From Takakia lepidozioides (lineage: Eukaryota > Plantae > Bryophyta): DNA of 64,000 nt. The notes under the pieces were generated by a model, which was not told where the DNA came from, ran no database searches, and saw only the letters and a program-made list of their open reading frames with translations. The translations under genes and the position numbers were made by a program. Location: assembly GCA_030704615.1 (NCBI GenBank), contig CM060732.1, positions 32,612,001 through 32,676,000 on the forward strand, in the 5' to 3' direction. Below are positions 1 through 12,120 of this stretch, piece after piece. Position 1 is the first letter of the stretch; every line of letters starts with the position of its first letter.

Positions 1-420
1 AGACCTTCCTACATCTGGTCGGCACTTACATTTATGTGCACAAATGTGAAACGTGGTTTATCGGCATTTTTCAGACAATAACCAACCATGCCCATAAAAG
101 TATGAAGTCCTTTACCACGAAGTGCTTTACAGTGGACAAGATGTCCAGGTGGTGCAAGCCTCTCGGGTATCCCACCCAAGAGACTTTTTGATAAGCTTGT
201 TCAACATAATTAAACTTGATACATACAACCTACAGACCATTTGCAAATGCAAATGGAACAAACTGTCACCTCTTTCAAGCGCACATAAGCCAGAAATGCA
301 ACGGGTAGCAATAAACTCTTCCATTTTCTGTAAGGATGTGACGTCGATATCTGCTCCACCCACGCCAATAGTAACACTTGCCTCTATGAACTTCTCTGCG
401 CCACCTTGTCTTTCCCTCTT
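1..420 (-). mobile_element. Replitron-like HUH endonuclease fragment (degenerate, runs off window edge)
   Basis: Minus-strand translation gives ASVTIGVGGADID, then ERGDSLFHLHLQMV (HUH motif), then after a frameshift GLHTFMGMVGYCLKN (catalytic Tyr motif). In-frame stop near position 10. Confidence 0.75.
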
Positions 421-3325
421 GTAGCCACTTTGATCCTACCTGCCATACCTGGCCCGACCCCCAACATAGCAAACAACTACTCACGCTGGCTCTGGCTCTC
501 AAACCACTAGTGAGACATGCTACTAGTGCCTGTGCCAGCATGTTGAAGACACAAGTTACAAGCAACTAGTCAGTTGCTTCTCACCGGACCGACATATTAG
601 TAGAAGTATCTAGAAACGAGAACTATGTAGAAAGTCAACTAGAACTAGAACTATCTAGAAAGTAGCTAGAACTAGAACTATCTAGAACGCCCACCTAGAA
701 AGTCAATCCTTAATTTTTGGACCCTTCATTTCATTAAATAATACAAGTGGCCTTAATACATTGGCCCCTCTTTTAACTCATGGACCATGCTAGAATTAAC
801 CGGGTCAAATGAAACTGCTCTACATATTGTCCGGTTCATCCCTGTGGATGTATGGGGGAAGGAAGATACAACAAGGCAATGCATGGTATAAGTATACACT
901 TTTTGTCCAGAAGTACTGGCCTGTAGGGTTTACTAAGTATCTGACATGCACTCCCTTTTCTTTTAAGATAAAATAGAATAAAAAGTCCATGAAATTAATT
1001 CCTTGAATATCCCCAAAACAGTATACCCATAAACTGCTTTTGGAAAAATTCTCATTTTGTAACCGAGGGCTGATGCTGATTTTTCCTAAGTTGGATCCTA
1101 GAGGCCTTTTATTTCATAGAATGTCCCTCCCCTATGAGAAGTCCTCAGTCTACGCTTCGGAACGGGCCACGCTGAGGCCATTCTGGTGCGGAATTCACAT
1201 GTAGAACAGGGCTCACCGTAATTGTAAAGGTGGCTTCCCCACCAGAATGGCCCAAAAATGTATTGCATGTGGGCACTGAACTTTGTAAGACAGATATTTG
1301 AAACTTTAGTATCTGAAAGGTAACGTTTAAAGTACCTTCATAAAGGTAATCTCTTGAGACACCTATATCCATGGTTGCTCAAAATGAAGAAAACAGAAAT
1401 ACAAAGGCGGCCCACTCTGCACTGTGCAGACATGGAAGGCATGGGCGGCTGGCCAACTCCACATGTTGCTGTCTAGAGCCGCCATGAAAACTTCAGAGGA
1501 AGCACAAACAGGAGCTGTCGATTTTGCGAGTGATCCGAGCCGGGAAGTGGATCACCTATTACCGACTGTTGTTGCACTGTGATCTGTCACTAAGTCAATC
1601 GATGCCTTCCTTTCGATTTCTAGAAACAAACTCCAAATTTTCCAGGATCGTGGGACAGAGATCGTAGTAATAAATGCATTGCTTTCGATTCTTGTGCAAA
1701 CATGCCGATTCAGAACTTCCATGATCGTGATCATCTTACCATGTAAGTGCGTCATCGATCCTATGCAGATGAGGCGATGGTGAGAATCCGGGCAACTATC
1801 GAAGTTGCACACTGGTGACTGAACGAACCCTCCAGTAAAGAAATCTTTGGTGACCACCATCACTACAGTAGTGTCTGGGGTTGACGAACTGTGACGGTGT
1901 TGACAGTCGGCCCCACCCACGCGAGGTTCGTTGGCGGATAGTTGGTGCTAACTGCTAACACACATTCCATATCTCGTAACTAAGAAAATCGCTGGCCGAA
2001 GTTACAGTCAGTATAGGCCAGCCACATGATGCTTGTAAGGAAGAACGACATTCAAACAAACAGTAACTTCATATGACAAGACTAGGCCAGGAAAATAAGA
2101 CAGGGACAAGAAAATATCTGAAAATTATGCTCGAGAAAGCTAAAGTTTGTTCAATCTTGTCGGATCTGCAAAGCCAATCGAGGTCAGATTTAATAGAGGG
2201 AATGGGTTTGATATTCATGTCCTTGAATTCTAGCTGTAATAAAATGCTGCAGGGAGGATTTCTGGGAGGCGGGCCCACAAGATGAGCGCAGCAGTCAAGT
2301 ACACAGAGCAGAGGTGTGTGTCTTATAGCGCAGCAGGACACGTGCGTTGACATCATTACTATTGGGTACCAAGTGCAGACCCTTCATCACTCTGGGATTG
2401 TTCCTTCGGAAGACTCAGTCTGCCTACAATCTCACAACCTTCCATCCATTTATATTTGCCTTTTGGGCATCTGGTAACTCAATCCTTCGTCCCCGGCAAT
2501 TCTCTGGAATTTGTCTGGAGCTCAGAAGGTGTAAAGTTGTACTGGCGAGAAAGGCCAGAAGACTGAAAGGCGGAGCAGGCTGAAGCAGTCCGAGGTTAAG
2601 GAAGTTTACTGCTGAAAACACAGAAAGGGGAGCTGAAGGTTTTCTGGGTTTTCGGACTCTTCCTTTTTTGCAAGCCAATTTTAGGAGATGAGAAGGCATG
2701 ACTCGGAATCTGAAGCAGGAAGGTGGCTAACTGAAGACTGAGATTCAAGAGGTCACTTGTATTGGGCTCTCAAGGTAAGCACTGCCAAGTCTGCTGGTCT
2801 GGGATCACCTTCAGTTGTATTTCCTCTTCCATAGGAGTGTAGTGCGTCGACGCGCGTGCATGCTCACTGGCCTGGGGGTTCTTCTCTCATTGGAAAGCAC
2901 CCTCGCTCAACTCTTCTTTTGGGAAAAGAAATTAAGAATTGAAACAATCCGGGTCGTTCCTTTGTTTCAATTCCCTCATGTACATTAGTACTGTCATCAA
3001 TGATATTCGTCTGTGCATCTTCTAAAGCTCGAGAGAGCGATCTAATCGTTGCACGAAGATGGAAGGGCGCGGGAAGGTAAGTTGTGAAGCATTTCTGGTC
3101 CTCAATATTGAAGGCGTCTGCCAGTGATGAGGGTCTCCGAATAGACGACCGGGCACACACAACGAACCTCCTGGGAAGATCTTATCATCACATGGCGTGT
3201 ACTCCATTTAATGTCCCGATTTAGTGATTATCGAGCTGACTCTCTGAAAGTCCATTGACGTGGTAATTTGATGAGTATGGCATCAGAAAAGGAAGTTTAG
3301 TGGCCAGCGTTTTACGTAGAACTGG

Positions 3326-3352
3326 GAGAGAGAGAGAGAGAGAGAGAGAGAG
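3326..3352. repeat. (GA)n microsatellite upstream of LOX
   Basis: Perfect GA run ending ~110 bp before the LOX ATG. Confidence 0.95.
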
Positions 3353-3462
3353 CTTCTCGTTCTTGCAAGCGGACACTTAGGAAGACACTACCTCAATAAC
3401 ATGTGGGCGAATTGAAGCTGACATGAGACAGGCATCAACTGAATGGCAGGTCACCGAGACTG

Positions 3463-6400
3463 ATGGCACAAGTTGTGCGTGGCCCTGCTCTATACACACT
3501 ATTGGGCCCAAGAAATGACCCCCTCACCGAATCACATGCGCTCGGGGGTTGGACTCCTAGGAAACTGAGGACTTCTGGTCTGAAAACAGCAAAGACTAAG
3601 TCTACGACTGTGATAAACGGAGTTACAAACAGAACTATCAATGGCCCCGTGACTGTTGACATTCCTGCCCCCACTATCACACAGGAGAAGCAAGTGGTAA
3701 ATGGATTAGCAGTGCCCGGATGCCATTTTGAGGGGCCAGTGGAGGCCATAATCACTGTCGTCCAGAAGCAGCGACCAGACATGCATGAGCAGATGGTCAA
3801 CAGAATGGATGTGATGGCTGAATATATTTTTGACCAGAAGGTCACTCTCCAACTCGTCAGCAACGAGATCGACCCAAGTATGAGCTATACCCTGTCTCTC
3901 CGGTCTAGCAAATAGACTTAGAGAGCTGTTGATAGTACACTAGATTGACAGCTTGCCAATGTTTCAAAGCGTCTCTGCCTGTCTGGCCCTAGTTTACACT
4001 TTACACCTCCCCAGAGCTGGGAATTCCAAGGCCCTTGAGGAATTGCAAACCTGCAGCATACTCTGTGGGAAGCTCAATCTCCAGTCTGGGTCTTATCCTC
4101 CATTACATGTCTGTGGCTGGCATGACATTGTTTTATGGGTCCATAATACAAGGTAGCCAAGGGTGAGACTGTTTATCTGGCTTTGTACTAATCAATCATC
4201 CAGTGCATCAATGTTCTATCAATGCTCATGACAGTTTTTGTCTTATGACATATCTTCTGACTTCGATGCACTGAATCTGTTGTAGACACAGGATGTGGCA
4301 AGCGAAGTAGTGTGTCCGAGATCAAGAATTGGGCAGCCAAGGCCAATGTTAGAGCAAACAAGGTGCAGTACTTGGCTGAGTTTACTATCAGCAGGGACTT
4401 CGGTGAACCAGGAGCCATCCTTGTAAAGAACAAGCACTCAAACGAATTCTACCTGGATGCGATTGTCTTGAAGACGCCGTTAGGATCCATTTATTTCGAT
4501 TGTTTGTCTTGGGTTCATTCTGAAAAGAACAACCCTGATGAGCGCATTTTCTTTAGTAACAGGGTACTCCCTTCACTCTCGTCCCTGGTCTGGTTTTCAA
4601 ACTGGTTCACTCCGTGAAATGTATGGTAAAAGGGTGAACTGCTTTGGCCTAGGTGATTGCGGATTCTTTTTGCCTTGGAATTTCTGTAAGCTTCAAGATC
4701 ACAACATGCACTGACTGACACCACGTGGGTAGAATATTTTTATCCAGCACTGAGAAGCCAGGCTTCACTGAAGTTTGTTTTGCTTTGCCATCATGATTCA
4801 CAATTAATCTCAGGAATCATTCCACACCTGAAACAGGTGTTTCTGCCTTCTGAGACTCCGGCAGGGTTGCAAGATTTGCGTGCAAAGGACATGGAGGGAC
4901 TGCGGGGCAGCGGGACAGGGGTACGGAAGACATGGGAGCGGATTTATGACTATGCAGTCTACAATGACCTCGGTGATCCTGACGAGAACAAGGATCATGC
5001 TAGGCCAATTCTGGGTGGTAAGGGGCATCCCTATCCGCGTCGTGTCCGCACCGGCCGGCACCCTTCCAAAACAGGTGAGCTCAAAAGGAGTGTTGGGCTA
5101 GAAATTTACTTTGAGCATAAGGAACTTGCATGCACAGCTACCAGCGGTGGTCAGTTTCTGGATCCAATGTGATAAGCTTTCTCGGTATCCAGTGCACTTA
5201 TCATGCTTGCTGTTTTTGCAGACTTGTCAGCGGAGCACAGGTTGGACAAGGGAGGTACAATGTACGTGCCTCGTGATGAGTCCTTTGAGCAGATAAAAGA
5301 GGAAAGCTTTGCTGCAAGCTCTCTGAGGGGTTTAATCCACCAGCTGGTGCCAGCCATTGTTGATCACTTCAACCGTACCCCTGATGAATTCGACAGCTTC
5401 AATGACATAGACAGGCTGTACCGTAGTGGAATTGATTTGAAAAAGGAGGTTGGACCAAAGGCAGTAGGCGTGAAGATAGAGCGTTTCTCTGGTCAGGTTG
5501 GCAAATTGGTTGGTTGGCCCTCTGTAAAGGTGCTCAACAGCTTTTTGGAAAGTCTACCACTACCTGAAGTAATTAAGGATTTGACAGTCTCGACTGGTGA
5601 ACCCAGTCTTCTCAAGTACCCCCTCCCTGAAGTACTTTCCAGTATGTCCTCAACTTTTGTTCCCAAAAAATAATTAGCAGGCCTTGGTAGTATGAAGGTG
5701 ATGTAAATTCTCTTGCATGAGCTTGCTGTAAACTGGAGGAAAGAGAGAAATGAAATGAAATGAAATGGTACTTTATAACGTCCGAGGAAAGCTCAAAGAG
5801 CTTATGGACAGAGAGAGAGAAAGGGACAGAGAGATTTGAATTATAGCCAACTTACTGGAGCTTGAATTGATGCAGAGGATAAATTCGCATGGTTACGGGA
5901 TGAGGAGTTTGCACGTCAAAGGCTAGCTGGTGTGAACCCCTTGACAATCAAATGCCTCAAGGTCCAATTTCTTCTCCTCCATTGTCTCTTCGTTGTTGAC
6001 AATAACCCATAGACCGTCTGTGACATGGGGGAGGACATCTTGGATGACCTCAAGGGTCTACCCACTCTCGGCACTAGACTGAAATTTAAACTCAGGGCAG
6101 GAAGCCTACCTTTGAACAGCAAACAGAAGCAGAGAGGAAAGGGAGAGTGCAATTGCCCGTTGTGTGGGCAATCTGAAGACAGTATTCATTTTCTGATACA
6201 CTGTCCGGGGTTCTCTCACCAAAGAGACGCTCTCTTCAAATCTATTAAGGGAATTGTGCCTGTACCCCTGTTTACCAACTTTGAAAGTCTCGAGGCTGAG
6301 CCAAAAGCCCAGGCCCTCCTGAGGCCTAGTTTTTGGGCAAATCACACACAGCAGATTGATGCTTGTGTGAAGGGATTTCTAGAGGATATCTGGAAAACCC

Positions 6401-9400
6401 GGATTAATTCTTTATATGGAGGTAAGTCTTACTACCAACGTCAGCCCCTGGCAGAGGTAGGTTCTGTCCCTTTTGTTCCCGCTCAAACTGGGCGCGGGGT
6501 CAATGGCCACAAGGCTACGGCAAACAACGTCTTATGAGTACAAAATAACCCATAGACCTCTTTTCCCAAACCTCCTGACTAGGTGTCTGGTGGCCCAATT
6601 TCCTCCTAGTTTTTTGAAGGGTAGAGACGTACAAGGCCAAAATTTCTTGAGGTGGGCAATGCTGCAACTCCTCAAAACCTTCTGGTACTTCCTATTGGGC
6701 TTGCTCAGCTCGTCTGGCATCACATTTATTTTTGTCTTTATAAAAGAACCCTTCACTCTCAGGAGCTGCACCATTCCAAGCTGCCTTTCAAAGGGCGACT
6801 GTGAGAATTTGTTGCTTCATCATTTCCCCAGGAATACAGCAAGGCAACACCCACATTTGCAGTTGAGTGGACTTCACAATGCAAAAGTTGACTTGTGTCT
6901 GTATTGATCTACCCCCCTCGTGTGTGGTCCCAGTGCCCTGGTCCCTGGGTTTTCTGTTGGAACATAGTTCATCGTAGGTACCTTATGGACTGGTGGGCTG
7001 GCTGTGGTATTGTTGCATTGTTCTGCTTGCTAAAATCCAATTCCTAAGCTTTGAGCTGCTGGTAATTGTTTGTACTTGCAGTATCAGTGCTAATGTGGAG
7101 GTGCTTATCCGTCTTGGAAGCAAAGGATACTGCAACGTGGACTTTTGTAAATGCTTTCCCTTTGTGGCAGGACTGAAGTTGGTCCAGTTAAACACCACAC
7201 CTTCATACCATATTTAGGTCTAGGAATCCATCGCTACTTACACCGAGATTTTGCACTTTTGCAGGCCTTCCCCCCACGCAGTCATCTGGATTCTGAAACT
7301 TATGGTCCACAAGTGTCGGCTATCAAACCTGGACATCTTGATAGGCAGCTTGAAGGCCTTACAGTTGCTGAGGTGTGTTCAGCTACCACTTCTCCACTTC
7401 CTCATATGCTGGATAATAATTCACAGGTCTGTCAAAAAGATTCTTAATGCAAGAGTCCCGAAGGAAAACTTGCAATGATGCTATGAGGCTATGAATATAA
7501 CTTCAGTGAAACAAGCCGACCGAAGCAAGCGTAACTTATCCCCAATGATCTACTGCCTACCGTTTGGAAGGTGGACACCTTCTAACAGCCGTAACCGGAG
7601 CAACAAAAGGACTCGAAAGTCCCTAGGTACCCACACATAAGAAGGTGTCCGGTTGACCCAGCGACCCGCCCTCCATAGTTGGGTTGGCTATGATGGGTGG
7701 CATCCATTTGCATCTATGTGGCTTTGAACCCACGACCACTTGTAAGCCTGGTGCCATCACCACTCGGCTATCTGTTGGATGCTTCTTAATAGATAATATG
7801 TTAATCTGCAGTTAGTAAAGAGACCCAAGAATCTCCCCACTCCTGAGAAAGGGATTTCCTCTCTGTGCGTTGCTTCTGTTGTCCGTGGAAGTGGCTTCAG
7901 CAGTTTCCAGCATCCTACTACTAATCAGCCAGTATACTCTTGTGTTGTGATACAGGCTGTTGACAAGAGGAGACTGTTCATCTTGGACTACCATGACATT
8001 TTCATGCCCTTTGTCAACAAAATTAATTCTTTGGAAGGGCGCAAGATATATGCATCACGAACAATTTTTTTTCTCAGTGGTAATGGGGTTCTCAAACCAG
8101 TAGCAATAGAGCTAAGTTTACCACCAGTTGTGCCTGGAGCTGCCAGCAGTCAACAGATTTTTACTCCAGAAAAACATGGCACAGGGCACTGGCTGTGGCA
8201 GCTGGCCAAGGCACATGTGTGCTCAAATGATGCTGGGTGTCACCAGCTTGCCTCTCATTGGTGAGGATTCCACTTTGACTCTAACGGTGCCTCTGGATTC
8301 TGACATTCCATTGCGTGGGGTCCAACTATGTTTAATAGCTCCTACATTGCATTAGCATGTCCTGGATTTGCGGGTTGTCTGCAGCACCGAAAGAACGATG
8401 AGTCTAACGCAGTTCCATCTCAGTCACCTGTCAGTTCATATCTTGAGCAGCCATCGATGGGTTACTCTGCCTCTTTGGCAGCTTGCTGGAATACAGCAAA
8501 GAAAGAAAATTCAAACCTCTTGATTGGTTTTGCATCTTCCTTGTCCTGTAAGCTCCTAGGGCTTCCTGCATGGATGTTTAAGTAGCTTCTTTCTTCATTC
8601 ATTCTCCTCCCCTTCTCTATTTCCAGACAGGACCTCAACAGAGGCTTTAGCATCTTATCTGTCTCTCGACCTTCAGCTTTGAGGACCAGAAGTGCTTGGC
8701 AGTTTTATCTAATGTGGCAGTTCCTCTTAGCGCAATGATTGGAGGCTTTGATGTGGTTTTCATTGTGGTCTGCTTTGTATCTGGACCTGCAATGGTCTAG
8801 GTTGATCGCGTATCAGGCAACCTTTTGGATTTGTGAGAGGCTGTCCTATGGAGGCCCTTGGACATGCTGCCGACCTAAAATTGTTTTGTCTCTTCCTTCT
8901 TTCTTTGTATCATGTTACCCTTGTTGCGGGAAGAACTGACAGGTAGGTAAATGCAAATCATTGACAGGTTGCGGACCCACGCATGCATGGAACCGTACGT
9001 GATTGCAACACATCGCCAGTTGAGTCAAATACACCCAGTTGCTAAGCTGCTGCGACCACATTTGCGCTATACACTTGAAATCAATGCAGCAGCACGTCAA
9101 AACTTGATCAGTGCAGCCGGGGTGATTGAGTCCAATTTCACACCTGGAAAATATTCAATGGAGATGAGCTCAGCAGTCTACAGTCTCCAGTGGCGCTTTG
9201 ATCTGGAGGGCTTGCCTGCAGATCTAGTTCACAGGTTCAACCCCCTGAACTCCTCCATCTTTCCCGTCTCCCGTACACTTCTTTGCTCCATCCACAGCAG
9301 TGGTAGGGTCTATCGCCGGAAAGATGCTGAGCAAAGTCTAATGGGTAGAATTGCCATACCTCGCCTTCTCTCCCTCTCTTTATCGCTTGCTGTTTCCTCG

Positions 9401-10613
9401 TCTGTTAAACATAATGATCCATAGAGTCTTTGGGTTTCCTGTGGACATTATAAAGTACCTTCTTACTTTCCGCGGACGTTATAAAGCACCATTTCATTTC
9501 ACTTCTTTCTCATGCTGGCATTCTTCCCTTCAGTGCACCTGGCAGTCCAGGTAGAGCAGTGTCGGTACAACACCATGCTTTGTAGTCTAACGTAAGTGCC
9601 AGCCCTTTTACCAACACTTAAAACTGAGTGGTTGTCAGCAGTGTGGGAACGGACTGTGTCATCAAGGATATGCATAAGCCGTGTTCGCACCAAATGAGTA
9701 CATCTCTCACAAGCTCATGCTCTGTTATATATCATTAACCACTAGAGATGCCAAAGATCCTTTCAAAATCTGCAGACCCCAACAACTAGTAAAGTATAAT
9801 CTCCAGTTTGCCACATAACAATCTTTTGGCTGCTAAGATAATATATCTCTGTACAGGGGGATGGCAGTGGAGGATTCAAGCGCCCCTCATGGTCTTCGAC
9901 TGCTGATAGAAGACTATCCCTATGCAGCAGATGGTCTGCTTCTTTGGTCCAGTATCAAGTCGTGGGTGCAGGAGTATTTGTCCCTGTACTATCCTGATCC
10001 CCAAATCATCCGTGATGACACCGAGCTGCAGCAATGGTGGACGGAAATCAGGACACAAGGCCATGCTGACAAGAAAGATGAGCCCTGGTGGCCCAAGTTG
10101 GAGAGCAAGGAGGACTTGGTGCAGATTCTGACGACAATAATATGGGTTGCCTCGGGGCATCATGCAGCTGTGAACTTTGCACAATACGGATACACTGGTT
10201 TCATGCCAAACCTCCCTTGCCTACTCCGACGCCTGATCCCCAAGGCAGGAGATCCTGAGTTTCTCGAGTTGATTTCCAACCCAGAAATCTTTATGCTCGG
10301 AACCCTTCCCAGTCAACCACAAGCCACAGTGTTGATGGCTGTTCTCGAACTGCTGTCCAGTCATTCTCCAGATGAGGAGTACATAGGGTGTGGTGGCAGG
10401 CACACAAACTGGACCAATGATGCCAAGGCACTCGATGCATTTACGCGCTTCTCAGAAAAGATTTCTGAGGCAGAGCGAGAGATTCAAAGAAGGAATGCCA
10501 ACGAGCATCTCAAGCATCGGCATGGGGCAGGAGTGCTTCCATATGAGCTGCTGCTCCCAACATCCAAGCCTGGCATCACTGGACGTGGGGTGCCCAATAG
10601 CGTTTCCATCTAG
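3463..10613 (+). CDS. LOX: Lipoxygenase, plastid-type 13S-LOX; exons 3463-3877, 4286-4563, 4837-5074, 5222-5641, 5876-5961, 7265-7372, 7956-8260, 8968-9234, 9857-10613
   Basis: All introns are GT-AG and the exons join in frame. PLAT domain ([13 protein letters not shown]), [39 protein letters not shown], iron ligands HQLASHWLRTH and HHAAVN, C-terminal PNSVSI. N-terminal Ser/Thr/basic extension resembles a transit peptide. IESNF (Phe) suggests 13-specificity. Confidence 0.96.
5747..5791 (-). repeat. Short dispersed repeat with (CATTT)n tail, probable retroposon 3' end
   Basis: gaaatgaaatggtactttataacgtccgaggaaag is the near-exact reverse complement of 9466-9501. Confidence 0.6.
6016..6543 (+). 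mobile_element. 5'-truncated LINE (C-terminal CCHC zinc finger) in LOX intron 5
   Basis: ORF with [10 protein letters not shown] and [18 protein letters not shown]. 15-bp TSD aataacccatagacc at 6001-6015 and 6544-6558. Confidence 0.88.
7449..7782 (-). mobile_element. tRNA-derived SINE in LOX intron 6
   Basis: Minus strand begins gcatccaacaga-TAGCCGAGTGG (A box), then GGTTCAAAGCC (B box). 8-bp direct repeat ttcttaat at 7441-7448 and 7783-7790. Confidence 0.75.
9466..9501 (+). repeat. Second copy of short dispersed repeat with (CATTT)n tail
   Basis: ctttccgcggacgttataaagcaccatttcatttca matches 5747-5791 in reverse. Confidence 0.6.
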
Positions 10614-12120
10614 GAGGATGCAGGCTCTAATCATTACATCCTACATTAAATCGATTCTAACCTCTGCATCTAACATCCTACACCAGGGACCACTAGTACC
10701 CACGTAAAATCATTGTCATGTGTTGGAGTAGATGTAGGAAGCTGCAAGATCGAAGTTGCCTTTCCTAGAAACCTGATAGCCCCTTGGCATGCAAATAATA
10801 GTTTGCACAACTAACACAGCAAACCTTCCCGGTCCTGTACATGTAAGATATGCTAATCATGAGGGTTTATCAGACTGCCTGGAAATTAGGCAGTTGATTA
10901 GGCAGTTGAGGGTATAGCAAATACTTCACCTTTATCAGAAATAATGAAAGAGAGAAGAGTGTGAAGTCTACCTTGAAGATCCCCATTTGTGTGTGGCTGG
11001 CTAGTTCGGTTGTCTGTATGGTTATCTCCCCACACATCTTCCTACCTCTGAATGAAAGGAAGAACGAAAGAGAATACATTGACAACACCCATGACCAGAG
11101 AAAAGGAGACAGAGGCACTTCCCAGGTCTCTTCATCAGTTGCTTTGCAAAAACTCAAGTCATTTGGTTTGAAGGAAGACCCATCTTCTTTTTTGTTGACT
11201 GATCTACTTCAGGTGTGTTGTCCATGGCTCATCATTCCCCTTTGCTTATGGCCTTTACTACATGCATATATTTGTTCGGTGCATTTTGTTGATCATTTAA
11301 TTGCCTCTTTCATACACACAATATATGTGACAGGAGCCGGGGTGTGATTGGTAAGAGGTAAATTTCTTCTGAAGTGCTTTCCTAGATTTGAGACATGACT
11401 CTCTCAAATCTAGGAAAAGTTTCAGGGTAAGAACTCAGACATTTACTTGTCATGGAGCAAATCTCAAAACCCCCCAAAGTTGCCCTGTCTAGGAAAATGA
11501 AAATGCCCAGGGCTGAGGGCTGTAATGGGTAGCTATTTAGGTCTACCCTTAGAATTGAAATATACCAGTGTTGTGCAGGTAAATTATTTACCCAGATTTA
11601 CCCGCCAAGTAAATCCGGGTACGGGTAAATGATTTACCTGCATTGGCCCATTCATTTACACATACATGCTGAGCCTGCTTGTAAAATATTACCATTGATA
11701 ACCCCAATGTTACAGGAGCTAAGCCAGATATATTAAAGCTCCGCCTAGCGCGCTTGCAAGAAAACCAACTACATGTTGCTGACAATTCCAAGCCGCCAAT
11801 AATGACGACATTGGATGTCCAGTTAGTGGAGCCAATGCAGCTTCTATCCAACCAAATGATAGACCTACTGAGCCACTAGAGAAGACTGACATTACCCAAC
11901 AAATCTCAGATAACCATACACTAAGTTGCATGAGAGTGATTTCCCCAAAGAAAGATGCATAATAACTGTGATGATATAGTGGAGTCCAGAAGTTCAGAAA
12001 CAGATCCCATCCACAAACCTGCCCCCCAATCTCCAGGATAAACTTCAGATATTCTCATGTCTTTGATACCCAACTTAACTCTGTAAGCTGACACCTCCTT
12101 CACAACACACATATTTTGGT

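Noticed and set aside
1080-2860. Short ORFs and possible repeat remnants upstream of LOX
   Set aside because: No motif, splice chain or terminal structure that I can support.
3122-3247. Possible C/D snoRNA (gtgatga...ctga)
   Set aside because: Boxes this short occur by chance; I saw no convincing terminal stem or rRNA guide.
6560-6850. Possible LINE ORF1 remnants on minus (also 8460-8900)
   Set aside because: Only a vague resemblance, with no diagnostic motif or boundaries.
10961-11360. Possible small spliced gene between LOX and UBC
   Set aside because: Splice-like signals exist but give no coherent or recognisable protein.
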